From NCBI GenBank assembly GCA_965226555.1, contig CBDDDG010000022.1, positions 192,001 to 256,000 on the forward strand: a DNA stretch of 64,000 nucleotides, read 5' to 3'. Of this stretch, positions 30,777 through 41,348 are shown in pieces. Position numbers and translations under genes: made by a program. Numbering within the stretch: position 1 is the stretch's first letter; each line of letters opens with the position of its first letter. The notes beneath the pieces were generated by a model. That model was not told where the DNA came from. It worked only from the letters and a program-made list of their open reading frames with translations, and did no database searches. This DNA comes from Salinispira sp. Its GTDB lineage: Bacteria; Spirochaetota; Spirochaetia; DSM-27196; Salinispiraceae.

Positions 30777-31394
30777 CTAATTATTTACAATTTCAAGACC
30801 TGAGTTGTAGACTCCTTTCAGAGAATTTACAAAATCTTCCATTTCTTCAAGTTCATCCGAGTCAATATTGAATTTCTTTGCAATTGATTCGATCACAATT
30901 TTTTCAAGTGGTGCGTACTCATCATCTATGAGAGCAACGCTCAGCAATTCAATCATCATTGCTCTCGCCGATTGCGGTGTGATATCTTCAATGCTATTCC
31001 AGTCAATACCTTCTTCAATAAGTTTTTCAAGGACTTCAAGTCTGCGTTCTTCCTCCGAAAGACGTGAGAGTTTTGAAAGAACTGGATCAAGTTCATTGAT
31101 CAATTCCTTAAACTGATCAACTGAAACACGATGTGATGACCACTCAAGTTCTGTCATAAATCCGTTAATTATGGCTGTTTCTAACGCACTTAGTTTCCAG
31201 TTCTCATTGTCGAAAAATTTGATTTTATTCTGTGACCGGTTAAATAAACCGAAAACACCTGCTTTATCATCGTCACTGTCACTATCCTCATCACTGTCAC
31301 TATCCTCATCCTCAGTATTTGCGATAGCCACAATAACTGCCAGTTGAACAAACGCTTCTTTTTCTTCGTCTGTCGTTAAAAAATTTAAGAACAT
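30777..31394 (-). CDS. TerB-like helical protein
   Basis: MFLNFL..EKEAFVQLA and ELLSVALIDDEYAPLEK..I..IA motifs; internal DEDSDS tandem repeat. Confidence 0.6.
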   Translation of the reverse strand: MFLNFLTTDEEKEAFVQLAVIVAIANTEDEDSDSDEDSDSDDDKAGVFGLFNRSQNKIKFFDNENWKLSALETAIINGFMTELEWSSHRVSVDQFKELINELDPVLSKLSRLSEEERRLEVLEKLIEEGIDWNSIEDITPQSARAMMIELLSVALIDDEYAPLEKIVIESIAKKFNIDSDELEEMEDFVNSLKGVYNSGLEIVNN

Positions 31395-31405
31395 AATCAC
31401 TCCCC

Positions 31406-31570
31406 TTAAATTAAAATTGTCTTGTCTGAATTCATTGCTTCGTCAAATTTGGAAAAGGTTTCGTAGTGAAGTTCTTTTCCAAGTCTGTCTGAAAACAGTT
31501 TAATTGATTCTTCAAGCAGAATGATATTACCATTTATAATTGCTGTTGTCAACTGTGCAAATGCATTCGA
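31406..31570 (-). pseudogene. 3' remnant of an upstream gene of the same islet
   Basis: Open frame NAFAQLTTAIINGNIILLEESIKLFSDRLGKELHYETFSKFDEAMNSDKTILI* whose stop abuts the RBS of the TerB-like gene; no clear 5' part. Confidence 0.45.
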
Positions 31571-31663
31571 TGGTATCTTATTCAACGGTTTCTACTTGAC
31601 ACTATTTGTGATTTCCATTACCGTTTATTCATCTTTTCTATTCATTCATGGAGGTAATATAGT

Positions 31664-32131
31664 ATGAAAAAAGATCAATTATTGTTTGACAAGTTCACGA
31701 AGAATGCAAAGCAGGAAGATATTTCCCGCATTGAGGAAAATCTTCCCGGTATGAACCGCGGTCCCATTAAGAAAATATGGGATCAGGTAAAGGCACTGTG
31801 GAATCTGCTTCAGGATCCGAATACCCCATGGGGCAAGAAGGCCATAATTATTGGGGCTCTTGTGTATCTCATTAGTCCCATTGATGCTGTCCCTGATCCT
31901 ATTCCTTTTTTTGGGCTACTGGATGATGTCGCAGTTATCGGGCTGGCTATTAAGTCGCTAAAAGACCTCATCGAAGGGGCCAAGCAAGCGGCCATTGAAA
32001 CAACGCGCAAGACAGAGGAAGTAAAAACCCGCGCCCACCTGCGCCGCATGAGAATTTCCCTTGTTGTGAGCATTACAGTGGCAGTGCTGGCAATTGCCAT
32101 TATCATCATCAGGAACAGGATCATTACCTGA
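31664..32131 (+). CDS. YkvA/DUF1232 family membrane protein
   Basis: ALVYLISPIDAVPDPIPFFGLLDD; GGAGG RBS. Confidence 0.88.
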   Translation: MKKDQLLFDKFTKNAKQEDISRIEENLPGMNRGPIKKIWDQVKALWNLLQDPNTPWGKKAIIIGALVYLISPIDAVPDPIPFFGLLDDVAVIGLAIKSLKDLIEGAKQAAIETTRKTEEVKTRAHLRRMRISLVVSITVAVLAIAIIIIRNRIIT

Positions 32132-32152
32132 GTTTGGGGACTGCGAGCGACC

Positions 32153-32458
32153 ATGAATATTACCATATTCTCCGTGTATCTTATCTGCCTGACTGCTTTT
32201 AATGTATATAATGTCATTCGGAACATCTCAGATGTATTACGTTATGTGTTGCCGTATTATCAGCAGTACAGAAAATTTCCGAAATTTGTCCAGAATTTAG
32301 TCCAGAAGTTTTTAAGTCGCGTGTCAAAGGCCGCCGTTCAAAATTTCATCGCCGAGGTGTTGCCGCTTTTGCGGCGGGATATCGCCATTAACGGCATTCT
32401 GTTACTTATTGCTGTTGTGCTCAATGTCGCACTGTGGTATCTGCGGATCACGTTTTAG
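32153..32458 (+). CDS. Small hypothetical membrane protein
   Basis: Two hydrophobic segments, follows the DUF1232 gene. Confidence 0.5.
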   Translation: MNITIFSVYLICLTAFNVYNVIRNISDVLRYVLPYYQQYRKFPKFVQNLVQKFLSRVSKAAVQNFIAEVLPLLRRDIAINGILLLIAVVLNVALWYLRITF

Positions 32459-32537
32459 ACGAATTTTGTACGATTTTCCTTGCCTTTTCATACTCACTTT
32501 AGTATTTTCATTCTTATAGAAATCAGGAGGATGGTAT

Positions 32538-33134
32538 ATGGCTGAGGATAATCAGTCCATGAATGCAGAAACCGAAAAGAACGGGGAGAATGCGGGGCAT
32601 GGTGATGCAGCGTCTCATGACGACATGAGCGCGGAGCAACAGGAAACCATTGAAGAGCTCCGCAGACACATTGAAGAATTGAATGCTCAATACATTCGAA
32701 AGCAGGCCGATCTGGATAACTACCGTAAGAGAATTTTTCGGGAAAAAGATGAAGCTGTTCGCTATGCGAATAAACAAATACTTCTTGATATTATTACTGT
32801 TATTGATGATTTTGAAAGAGCAATACAGAGTTCGGAATCATCGAAGGATTTCGACTCCCTCCATGACGGTATTATCCTCATTGAAAAGCAATTTACTGAT
32901 ATGCTTGAGCGTAAATGGGGATTAAGCCGTTTTGAAGCGGATGGAGTCGATTTCGATCCAGAAAAGCATGAAGCAATGATGGTTGAGGATCGACCGGATA
33001 CAGACAGGCAGATTGTACTTCAGATTTTTCAACAAGGCTACATGCTCAACGACAATGTTCTCAGAACAGCGCAGGTAAAGGTTTCACAACCGGTATCGTT
33101 GCAGGAAAATACTAATCATAGTGAAGGAGATTAA
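32538..33134 (+). CDS. grpE: Nucleotide exchange factor GrpE
   Basis: [31 protein letters not shown]. Confidence 0.96.
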   Translation: MAEDNQSMNAETEKNGENAGHGDAASHDDMSAEQQETIEELRRHIEELNAQYIRKQADLDNYRKRIFREKDEAVRYANKQILLDIITVIDDFERAIQSSESSKDFDSLHDGIILIEKQFTDMLERKWGLSRFEADGVDFDPEKHEAMMVEDRPDTDRQIVLQIFQQGYMLNDNVLRTAQVKVSQPVSLQENTNHSEGD

Positions 33135-33139
33135 CATAC

Positions 33140-35083
33140 ATGGCCAAAATAATTGGAATTGACCTTGGAACAACAAACTCATGTGTTGCCGTCATGGAAG
33201 GCGGTGAGGCTGTAGTAATTCAAAATAGTGAAGGTCAGCGGACGACACCGTCTGTTGTTGCCTATACGGCGAAAGGTGAGCGGCTTGTCGGACAGCCCGC
33301 AAAAAACCAAATGGTAACCAATCCCGAAAATACAATATATTCCATCAAGCGTTTCATGGGACGGAGAGGGAATGAGGTGGATCAGGAAATTACCATGGTA
33401 CCCTACAAAGTAGATACCAGCGACAAGGCATCGCCGGTGAAGATTGTGGTCGGTAATAAGAAGCTCACTCCACCCGAAATTTCCGCTGCGATCCTCCAGA
33501 AAATGAAGGAAACTGCTGAAAGTTATCTTGGAGAAACTATTTCAGAAGCGGTAATAACCGTTCCTGCATATTTCAACGATGCTCAGCGGCAGGCAACCAA
33601 AGATGCCGGACGTATTGCCGGTCTGGAAGTTAAGCGTATAGTAAATGAACCGACTGCGGCAGCGCTTGCCTATGGGTTCGGAAAAGAAGGAAAGGATGAG
33701 AAAATTGCCGTGTACGACCTCGGGGGCGGTACTTTTGATGTTTCCATTCTCGAACTTGGCGATGGAGTATTTGAGGTAAAGTCCACCAATGGCGACACCC
33801 ATCTTGGCGGAGATAACTTCGATCAGAAAATTATTGACTGGCTTGTTGAAAATTTTAAATCGGATTACGGCATTGATCTGAGTCAGGACCGTATGGCCCT
33901 TCAGCGGCTGAAAGAAGCCGCCGAAAAGGCAAAAAAGGAACTGTCATCAACCACAAGTACCGACATTAACCTTCCATTTATTACTGCAGACGGCAGCGGT
34001 CCCAAGCATATGCAGTATTCCCTCTCAAGAAGTAAGTTTGAGCAGTTAGTTGATGATCTCATTGTGCGCACAAAGGAACCCTGTCTCGCAGCTCTGAAAG
34101 ATGCCGGAATGACTTCCGCAGACATCAATGAAGTTATTCTGGTCGGAGGAAGTACCCGCATTCCTGCTGTACAGGAACTTGTTAAAAATGTATTCAACAG
34201 GGAACCCCATAGGGGAGTTAATCCGGATGAAGTTGTTGCTCTTGGAGCGGCAATTCAGGGCGGAATTTTGGGCGGAGACGTAAAAGATGTGCTCCTGCTT
34301 GATGTTACTCCCCTTTCAATGGGAATTGAGACTCTCGGATCGGTATTTACCAAGCTCATTGAACGGAACACGACCATTCCGACGAGAAAAACTCAGATTT
34401 TTTCAACTGCCGCTGATAATCAGACCGCTGTATCAATTCATGTTCTCCAGGGTGAACGGGAAATGGCTGCCCAGAACCGGACACTCGGCCGTTTTGATCT
34501 TGCGGACATTCCTCCGGCGCCCCGTGGTGTTCCCCAAATTGAGGTTACCTTCGACATTGATGCAAACGGTATTGTTCATGTCAGCGCGAAAGATCTCGGC
34601 ACTGGCAAGGAACAGAAAATCCGCATTGAGAGCAGCTCAGGCCTGAGTGAGGAAGAAGTCAAGAATATGGTCAAAGACGCTGAGCTGCACGCCGAAGAAG
34701 ACAGGAAACTTAAAGAAGGCGTGGAAATCCATAACGAAGCCGACAGTCTGATATATGCTACTGAAAAATCCCTGAACGATTACGGGGATAAAATTGGAGA
34801 AGAAGAAAAAACGAAGATCAACTCGGCGATTACTGACCTCCGTTCCTCTCTTGAAGATGGCGATTCCGATACCATTAAGGCAAAAATTGAAACGCTCAAA
34901 CAGATTAGCTATAAGCTTGCCGAAGAAGTATATAAGACGCAGGAAGATGCCTCGCAGGGGCAGGGGGCAGCGCAGGGGCAAGGCGCCCATGGCGCTGGTA
35001 AAGATGCTGAAACGAATGCAAAATCCGATTCAGACAATGTTGAAGATATCGATTATGAGGTTGTTGATGAGGATGATGCATAG
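33140..35083 (+). CDS. dnaK: Chaperone DnaK
   Basis: [36 protein letters not shown]. Confidence 0.99.
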   Translation: MAKIIGIDLGTTNSCVAVMEGGEAVVIQNSEGQRTTPSVVAYTAKGERLVGQPAKNQMVTNPENTIYSIKRFMGRRGNEVDQEITMVPYKVDTSDKASPVKIVVGNKKLTPPEISAAILQKMKETAESYLGETISEAVITVPAYFNDAQRQATKDAGRIAGLEVKRIVNEPTAAALAYGFGKEGKDEKIAVYDLGGGTFDVSILELGDGVFEVKSTNGDTHLGGDNFDQKIIDWLVENFKSDYGIDLSQDRMALQRLKEAAEKAKKELSSTTSTDINLPFITADGSGPKHMQYSLSRSKFEQLVDDLIVRTKEPCLAALKDAGMTSADINEVILVGGSTRIPAVQELVKNVFNREPHRGVNPDEVVALGAAIQGGILGGDVKDVLLLDVTPLSMGIETLGSVFTKLIERNTTIPTRKTQIFSTAADNQTAVSIHVLQGEREMAAQNRTLGRFDLADIPPAPRGVPQIEVTFDIDANGIVHVSAKDLGTGKEQKIRIESSSGLSEEEVKNMVKDAELHAEEDRKLKEGVEIHNEADSLIYATEKSLNDYGDKIGEEEKTKINSAITDLRSSLEDGDSDTIKAKIETLKQISYKLAEEVYKTQEDASQGQGAAQGQGAHGAGKDAETNAKSDSDNVEDIDYEVVDEDDA

Positions 35084-35085
35084 GA

Positions 35086-36213
35086 ATGGCAAAACGGGAT
35101 TACTATGAAATTCTCGGTTTAAGCAAGGGGGTTTCACAGGACGATATCAAAAAAGCTTATCGGAAACTTGCAATACAGTATCATCCCGATAAAAATCCCG
35201 GCGATAAGAACGCTGAAGAACGTTTCAAGGAAGCCACTGAGGCCTATGAAATACTCTCCGACGATTCGCGCCGTCAAACCTATGATCAATTCGGGTTTGC
35301 GGGTCTTGAAGGAATGGGCGCGGGAGGCAGCGGAGGGGCTCACGATTTCTCCGCGGTCTTCAGAGATTTCGGCGACATATTCGGCGATTTCAATTTTTTT
35401 GACTCTTTCTTCGGGGGGAGCAGTGGAGGCAGGCAAACACGCAGCTCGGCTTCCCGCGGCGCTGATATTCGTTATGATCTGCGCATTTCTTTTACCGATG
35501 CCGCCTTTGGAAAAAAGGAGAACATTGAATATGATCGCAGGGTGCAATGCAGCGATTGTAAGGGAATGGGTTATGAGCCGGGTACCGGACGCCAGACCTG
35601 CAAGAACTGCGGGGGAACAGGGCAGGTGCGCCGTTCCAGTGGTTTTTTCTCCATAGCCTCTCCCTGTCCTGCCTGTAACGGATCGGGCACCATTATTGAA
35701 AATCCCTGTGAATCCTGCCATGGAAGGGGTGCAATCAAAAAACACACAAAACTAAAGGTTACCATTCCCCCCGGTATCGAAAGCGGCAAGCGGATCAGTA
35801 TTCCCGGTAAGGGTGATGCCGGAAAAAATGGTGGTCCCGCAGGCGATTTCTATGTATTCATTACGGTAAGACCCCACCGCTATTTTGAGAGAAACGGAGC
35901 CGATCTTTACTGTGTTATTCCTGTCGACATTGTTCAGGCCGCACTTGGAACGGAAATTACTGTTCCAAATCTTGAAGAAAAGAAAATTAAACTTAAAATA
36001 CCCTCGGGAACCCAGAATGGAAAAATGTTCAGGGTAAAAAATGAAGGACTTCCGCACCTTCAGAATCCTCAATACCGCGGGGATCTATATATCAAGATAC
36101 AGGTGCGGACACCTGTTCGCCTGAAACCCCAGTCCCGAAATCTTCTGCGCGAATTCGGCAGGCTTGAGGGGATGGAAGAATCTCCCAAGCCAGTGCCTCT
36201 GAAGGATCTTTAA
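35086..36213 (+). CDS. dnaJ: Chaperone DnaJ
   Basis: J domain HPD, G/F region, four CxxCxGxG repeats. Confidence 0.99.
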   Translation: MAKRDYYEILGLSKGVSQDDIKKAYRKLAIQYHPDKNPGDKNAEERFKEATEAYEILSDDSRRQTYDQFGFAGLEGMGAGGSGGAHDFSAVFRDFGDIFGDFNFFDSFFGGSSGGRQTRSSASRGADIRYDLRISFTDAAFGKKENIEYDRRVQCSDCKGMGYEPGTGRQTCKNCGGTGQVRRSSGFFSIASPCPACNGSGTIIENPCESCHGRGAIKKHTKLKVTIPPGIESGKRISIPGKGDAGKNGGPAGDFYVFITVRPHRYFERNGADLYCVIPVDIVQAALGTEITVPNLEEKKIKLKIPSGTQNGKMFRVKNEGLPHLQNPQYRGDLYIKIQVRTPVRLKPQSRNLLREFGRLEGMEESPKPVPLKDL

Positions 36214-36268
36214 GCATCCTTCCGTAAAGCATAGCCCTCTTTACTCCGATTATCTGCATAGAAGATCG

Positions 36269-36323
36269 GAAGATTTTGTTGCTGGAAATTTTGCTCTGCA
36301 AAATTTTCCAATGCAAAAGTTTC
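36269..36323. mobile_element. 55-bp nested-hairpin miniature element (degenerate)
   Basis: GAAGATTTTGT-TGCTG-GAAATTTTGCTCTGCAAAATTTTC-CAAT-GCAAAAGTTTC, homologous to the reverse complement of 62309-62363. Confidence 0.7.
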
Positions 36324-36338
36324 TATCAGGAGTACAGT

Positions 36339-36791
36339 ATGAAGATACGCGAGTGTGCGGTATGGTTTTTGTGTTTGAATTGTGCGCTCAGTACGCTTGC
36401 TGCGACAGGTTTTGAGTTGAACAGGAAAAATCTCGGGATGTCACATCCATTTCATGAAGACATGTCATTCGATCCCGCATTTTATGCTTCCGAAGGGTAT
36501 GTCAATTATACCAATGATCTCAATGCCGATGGAAACATCGATCATGTTGTCATGTTCGATGATCAGGGGAATAAATCATTTGAAATTCTCGATTTCGATA
36601 AGGATGGAAGTATGGATGACTTTTATTTTTATCGGGACGGAGTTCTCATTCGGCAGGAAATTGATCGGAACAACGATCATCAGGTTGATATCTGGATATA
36701 CATTGTCGATGGGATTTATATAGAAGGTTATGAAATGGATAATGACTTCGATGGCAGGATTGATCTGATCAAACTCTATAACGATGAATAA
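36339..36791 (+). CDS. Secreted protein with DxDxDG-type Ca-binding repeats
   Basis: Signal-like N-terminus; DLNADG, DFDKDG, DRNNDH, DNDFDG; CAGGAG RBS. Confidence 0.65.
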   Translation: MKIRECAVWFLCLNCALSTLAATGFELNRKNLGMSHPFHEDMSFDPAFYASEGYVNYTNDLNADGNIDHVVMFDDQGNKSFEILDFDKDGSMDDFYFYRDGVLIRQEIDRNNDHQVDIWIYIVDGIYIEGYEMDNDFDGRIDLIKLYNDE

Positions 36792-37542
36792 GCAGGTTCT
36801 GTATATTATTCATGATATTGAAGAATTTCTGAGGAGTACCGGAAGAGTCTCAGCCTGTGACGTAGTATATACTGAAAAACTCAATAGACGGGAAAAAGAC
36901 ATTCTGTCTGTTCTCAAAAAACGAAATATAGCATCGCGCCAAGTTCCGGAACGTGAATTCAAAAAAATTGCCGCTGAAACATTTTCAGGAGATATCCCGA
37001 AACATCTCCGTCATATACTTCTGTTCTGTCCGGCCGCGCTGCTTCAATCATCAAAACCGCTGAGTGCTCTATGGCCGCTTGTTGATGGTTTGAAACATTC
37101 TGTTATTCTTATTCTTGCGGGTATTACCGATCCGCATAATCTCGGCGCAATTATACGAAATGCAGACATATTTGAGGCATCGGCAGTTATTCTCCCCAAA
37201 CGGCGCAGCGCTGTTATGAACGAAACCGCGCGCAGAGTGTCTGCCGGAGCCGGGCACCATGTTCGGGTCTTTACTGTCGCAAACATTGTCCGCATTATCG
37301 AACAACTCAAGGAAAGAGAATTCTGGGTCTACGGTACCGATGTACAGGGTAGGAATCTTAATGAAGTGAAGCTTACCGGCCGCATTGCCCTTGTTATGGG
37401 AAATGAGGAGCGGGGTATTCCACATGAAATACGCCGTCATCTGGATGAAATTCTTACAATTCCTACAGGAGGTCACATTGATTCCTGCAATGTGTCGGTA
37501 GCAAGTGGAATTTTTCTGTATGAAATTAGACGGCAGAATTAA
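36784..37542 (+). CDS. rlmB: TrmH/SpoU-family RNA 2'-O-methyltransferase (RlmB-like)
   Basis: DPHNLGAIIR, VMGNEERG, IP..G.IDSCNVSVA. Confidence 0.8.
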   Translation: MNKQVLYIIHDIEEFLRSTGRVSACDVVYTEKLNRREKDILSVLKKRNIASRQVPEREFKKIAAETFSGDIPKHLRHILLFCPAALLQSSKPLSALWPLVDGLKHSVILILAGITDPHNLGAIIRNADIFEASAVILPKRRSAVMNETARRVSAGAGHHVRVFTVANIVRIIEQLKEREFWVYGTDVQGRNLNEVKLTGRIALVMGNEERGIPHEIRRHLDEILTIPTGGHIDSCNVSVASGIFLYEIRRQN

Positions 37543-38312
37543 TCGGAAATGTTAAAAAATCTGCAGGCATTCTGATAACAGATTTCCCCCAGTTCCTCAT
37601 TATCCATATTTCTGAGATCAGCAAGAAACTCAGCAGTGGCTGAAAGATAGCTGGGTTTATTGCGTTTTCCCTTGTACGCTGCGGGTACCATGAACGGGCT
37701 TTCCGATTCAATAAGAATACGTTCCAGTGGAAGATTTTTTGCCGTTTCATGCAGATTCCGCGCATTACGGTACGTAAGATTACCGGCAAAAGAAATATAT
37801 ATGTTATGGTCCAGTGTCTTCTGGGCAAAGTTCCAGTCTTCGCTATAGCAATGAAGAACTGCACCCCGGCCCGGCATACGGTCACGCAGAATGTTAAGAA
37901 TATCATCGCCGGCGTTTCGGTTATGAATAATCACCGGCAGGTTGAATTTTTCAGCCATTTCAAGCTGACGAATAAATAGTTCAATCTGACTGTCTTTATC
38001 TCCGAATTTACGGTAATAATCGAGCCCGGTTTCTCCAATGGCAACAACACCCTCCATTTTTGCGCCGCGTTCAATTTTTTCTTCCCAATCGAGCCCGGGA
38101 TTTTGAACTTCCGATGGAGAGACGCCTACCGCATGATAAACATTTCCGGCTGTTTTCAAATTCTCATATACCACAAAAAAATCATGAAGATTATTACAGA
38201 TACTTATAATACCCTTAACCCCTCTCTGACGAGCTTCCTGTGTAATAATGAGTTGTTCAATGGGGTCATTATGAATGAGCCCTATGTGAGCGTGAGTATC
38301 AAAAAGTTTCAT
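37539..38312 (-). CDS. tatD: TatD family hydrolase
   Basis: FDTHAH, AIGETGLDY, VIIHNR, VLHCYS, LIESESP. Confidence 0.93.
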   Translation of the reverse strand: MKLFDTHAHIGLIHNDPIEQLIITQEARQRGVKGIISICNNLHDFFVVYENLKTAGNVYHAVGVSPSEVQNPGLDWEEKIERGAKMEGVVAIGETGLDYYRKFGDKDSQIELFIRQLEMAEKFNLPVIIHNRNAGDDILNILRDRMPGRGAVLHCYSEDWNFAQKTLDHNIYISFAGNLTYRNARNLHETAKNLPLERILIESESPFMVPAAYKGKRNKPSYLSATAEFLADLRNMDNEELGEICYQNACRFFNISD

Positions 38313-38337
38313 AGTAAATTTCCATTAATAAATTGAT

Positions 38338-38362
38338 GAAACTTTATCAAAGCAAAAGTTTC
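38338..38362. repeat. Degenerate 25-bp hairpin of the miniature element family
   Basis: GAAACTTTATC-AAA-GCAAAAGTTTC. Confidence 0.5.
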
Positions 38363-38490
38363 TCAGTATTCATTCACAATTTATTGTAATTGTATTTATG
38401 TGTATCATCCTTCTGATGAAAAGTCAATATAAATGCTTATATCCCAATATCCCATGAGACATGTATTGAAATATTCCAAATATAATACTA

Positions 38491-38517
38491 CAAAGTTTTG
38501 CATTCTGCAAAAGTTTG
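38491..38517. mobile_element. 27-bp minimal hairpin element
   Basis: CAAAGTTTTGC-ATTCT-GCAAAAGTTTG, flanked by TACTA/TAGTA; nearly identical to 63652-63678. Confidence 0.7.
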
Positions 38518-38553
38518 TAGTATACTTTATACAATTAAAGGAGGCCATTCAAT

Positions 38554-39651
38554 ATGGACACTAAAAAACTTGTTGCAATTCTCATTGCTACATTGATATG
38601 CTTTTCAAGTATTTCACTTTTCGCTGGAGGTCAGGAGGAACCCGATACAGGTGACCTTGTTCTTGAAACAAGGGGGCCGCAGGGTGAATTGCCGACAAAC
38701 TACGGTGAAATATACATCTCCCAGGAAGATCGTGATACAATCCGTTCCGGTAATTATCGTGCAGCCATCCTGATGCATACATCTGCAGACTGGACAAGCG
38801 CTGTTATCGCAGGAGCCCAGTCAACCTTTGATGATCTCAACATTGAGGTTGTTGCCGTTACCGATGCGGAATTTGATTCAAACAAGCAGAGAACAGATAT
38901 TGAAACTGCTCTCGTACTTGATCCCGATATTATCATCACATTGGTACTGGACACTGTTTCCGGTGCGGTTGCGCTCAAACAGGCGGTTGATCAGGGAGTA
39001 AGTGTTGTTCTTCTGAGTAATCTGCCATCTGACTTCGTTCATGGCCAGGATTATGTGGGTATTGTAACTGATGATCTCTTCAAAATGGGTGAATCAGTTG
39101 CCGAAATGATCAATGATCACCTCGGCGGATCAGGTGAGGTTGCTCTTCTGTATCATGACGCAGACTACTACGTTACTAATCAGCGTGATCAGGCGGTTGA
39201 AACAGTTCTCAGACGCGATTATCCAAATATCAACATTGTCGCCAGACAGGGTGTAGCAAATCCGACCGATGGTGAAACAGCCGCTTCTGCAATTCTTATA
39301 CAGTATCCTGATGTTGATGCGATTTACGCTCCCTGGGATACAATAGCTGAAGGTGTTGTTGCCGCGGCGCGTTCTTCAAATAGCGACGTTGCTGTTTTTA
39401 CTATGGATTTGGGAGCAAACAATGTTCTTGATATGGTGAAAGGCGGCAACGTTCAGGGTATTGTTGCAGACCTTCCCTTTGCTCTTGGAGAAACCATGGC
39501 AAAGATGGGAGCATTAGGTATTCTTGATCGTGCAGTCCCCCCGTTTGTAACTGTCCCTGCCATTAAGGTAACTCGGGATAATGTTGAACTCACATGGGAA
39601 CAGTCACTTAATCGTACTCTTCCTCCTGAAATTATGGATGAGCTCAATTAA
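38554..39651 (+). CDS. Sugar ABC transporter substrate-binding protein
   Basis: Signal peptide ending FAGG, RbsB-like periplasmic-binding pattern, operon context. Confidence 0.88.
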   Translation: MDTKKLVAILIATLICFSSISLFAGGQEEPDTGDLVLETRGPQGELPTNYGEIYISQEDRDTIRSGNYRAAILMHTSADWTSAVIAGAQSTFDDLNIEVVAVTDAEFDSNKQRTDIETALVLDPDIIITLVLDTVSGAVALKQAVDQGVSVVLLSNLPSDFVHGQDYVGIVTDDLFKMGESVAEMINDHLGGSGEVALLYHDADYYVTNQRDQAVETVLRRDYPNINIVARQGVANPTDGETAASAILIQYPDVDAIYAPWDTIAEGVVAAARSSNSDVAVFTMDLGANNVLDMVKGGNVQGIVADLPFALGETMAKMGALGILDRAVPPFVTVPAIKVTRDNVELTWEQSLNRTLPPEIMDELN

Positions 39652-39682
39652 ATAACTTCAGAGGATCAGTGAAATCATAACC

Positions 39683-39715
39683 AAAAGGCAATCTTGGAAC
39701 GAGATTGCCTTTTTT
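39683..39715 (+). terminator. Stem-loop/intrinsic terminator after SBP gene
   Basis: AAAAGGCAATCT-TGGAACG-AGATTGCCTTTT plus T run. Confidence 0.75.
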
Positions 39716-39716
39716 A

Positions 39717-39745
39717 TTGACATTATTCATTGACCCAAGTATACT
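39717..39745 (+). promoter_or_regulatory. Near-consensus sigma70 promoter
   Basis: TTGACA-17 nt-TATACT immediately after the terminator, upstream of the ABC ATPase RBS. Confidence 0.6.
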
Positions 39746-39773
39746 AACTCCACAATGTAAGGAGATACGATCA

Positions 39774-41330
39774 ATGAGCTTGGGTACAGAGATAATAGAT
39801 GATTTCTGGAAGAATTACGGTGCGCAGAAACCATCTATTACATTAAGCACGTGTGCCATCCGAGCGGAAAAAATCAATATCTCTTTCGATAAAGTGCATA
39901 TACTTAAGGATGTTGATTTTTCACTTCGTGAAGGTGAAGTTCATGCGATTGTTGGTTCCAATGGCGCTGGAAAGTCTACTCTTATGAAGATCCTTAATGG
40001 AGTTTACAAGAATGACAGCGGGAAATTTTCGATATTTGGAAAGTCGGTAGATTTTGATTCACCTGAAATGGCACGGCAGGAAGGAATTGCAATGGTTTAC
40101 CAGGACCTGAGCCTTATCCCGACTCTCACGGTTGCTGAAAATATATTTCTTCGGAGCATGCCCTACCGACGTGGTGCTTTTCTTGACGATAAGACAGCTA
40201 ATCAGAAAGCGCATGAACTGCTCCAACTGGTTGGCGTGGGAACAGATGCTTTGCCCACAGAGAGAGTGGAGAATGTGAGCGCCGGTCAGCAGCAGATAAT
40301 TGAAATACTCAAAGCCTTATCTGAAACCCCTCGAATTCTCATTCTCGATGAACCAACTGCCTCTCTGACGTATGGAGAAATTGAAAATCTTTTTTCGGTA
40401 ATACACAAACTGAAGGAAATTGGTATTTCAATTGTGTATATCACCCATTATCTGCAGGATATTTTCAAGATCTGCGACTCTGTAACTGTATTGAATGACG
40501 GCGTATCGGTACTCTCAGACAGTGTCAAAAATCTTACCCTAGAAAAAATTATTAATAGTATGGTTGGTTCAAAATCAACTCAGATAACGTGGTCGCATAA
40601 AGAAAATCTGCGCACCGATACTCCTCTGCTTGATATCCGGAACCTGAGCACTGCACATGTCCATGATGTTTCTCTACAATCGTACCCTGGGGAAATTGTG
40701 GGAATCGCAGGTCTTCTTGGAAGTGGACGCACTGAGTTGATGAATGCCATCTTCGGAATTGATAAGCATATTGAGGGTAAGATACTCATCGCTGGAGAGG
40801 AAAAAAAGATATCCTCAACAAAGCAAGCTATCAACGCTGGTGTTACCCTTGTTCCGGAGAATCGACGTGAACAGGGGCTTGTACTTGACTTTAAGGTCTC
40901 AACTAATATCGTGATGTCCATCCTTGAAAAACTGAAACGTCTGTTATTCATGGATCGAAGTAAGGAATCGACACTTTCAATGTCGTATATTGATTCAATG
41001 AATATCAAAACACAGGGAATTCAGCAAATTGTCCGCTTCCTTTCCGGCGGGAATCAGCAGAAAATTGTTGTTGCAAAATGTCTGGCCACAAATTCTTCCA
41101 TTCTCCTGCTCGATGACCCGACCTTTGGCGTTGACATTCATGCAAAATACGAAATTATGAAAATAATTAAGGACTTTGCGGATCAGGGTAATACTGTATT
41201 ATTCATTTCCTCAGAGTTCAAAGAGATCGTTGAATTTTGCGATTCAATTTATGTGATGAAACGGGGAGAAATATCCCAATTCATTAGTGATCAAATAAGC
41301 GAAGGCAAACTTCTGCAGGTAGTTCAATAA
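39774..41330 (+). CDS. Sugar ABC transporter ATP-binding protein (RbsA-like, two NBDs)
   Basis: GSNGAGKST, LILDEPT, LSGGNQQK; AAGGAG RBS before ATG 39774. Confidence 0.95.
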   Translation: MSLGTEIIDDFWKNYGAQKPSITLSTCAIRAEKINISFDKVHILKDVDFSLREGEVHAIVGSNGAGKSTLMKILNGVYKNDSGKFSIFGKSVDFDSPEMARQEGIAMVYQDLSLIPTLTVAENIFLRSMPYRRGAFLDDKTANQKAHELLQLVGVGTDALPTERVENVSAGQQQIIEILKALSETPRILILDEPTASLTYGEIENLFSVIHKLKEIGISIVYITHYLQDIFKICDSVTVLNDGVSVLSDSVKNLTLEKIINSMVGSKSTQITWSHKENLRTDTPLLDIRNLSTAHVHDVSLQSYPGEIVGIAGLLGSGRTELMNAIFGIDKHIEGKILIAGEEKKISSTKQAINAGVTLVPENRREQGLVLDFKVSTNIVMSILEKLKRLLFMDRSKESTLSMSYIDSMNIKTQGIQQIVRFLSGGNQQKIVVAKCLATNSSILLLDDPTFGVDIHAKYEIMKIIKDFADQGNTVLFISSEFKEIVEFCDSIYVMKRGEISQFISDQISEGKLLQVVQ

Positions 41331-41348
41331 TTTGGAGGTATTAATTAT

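Noticed and set aside
32460..32537. CIRCE operator or hrcA upstream of grpE-dnaK-dnaJ
   Set aside because: No TTAGCACTC-N9-GAGTGCTAA and no hrcA ORF seen
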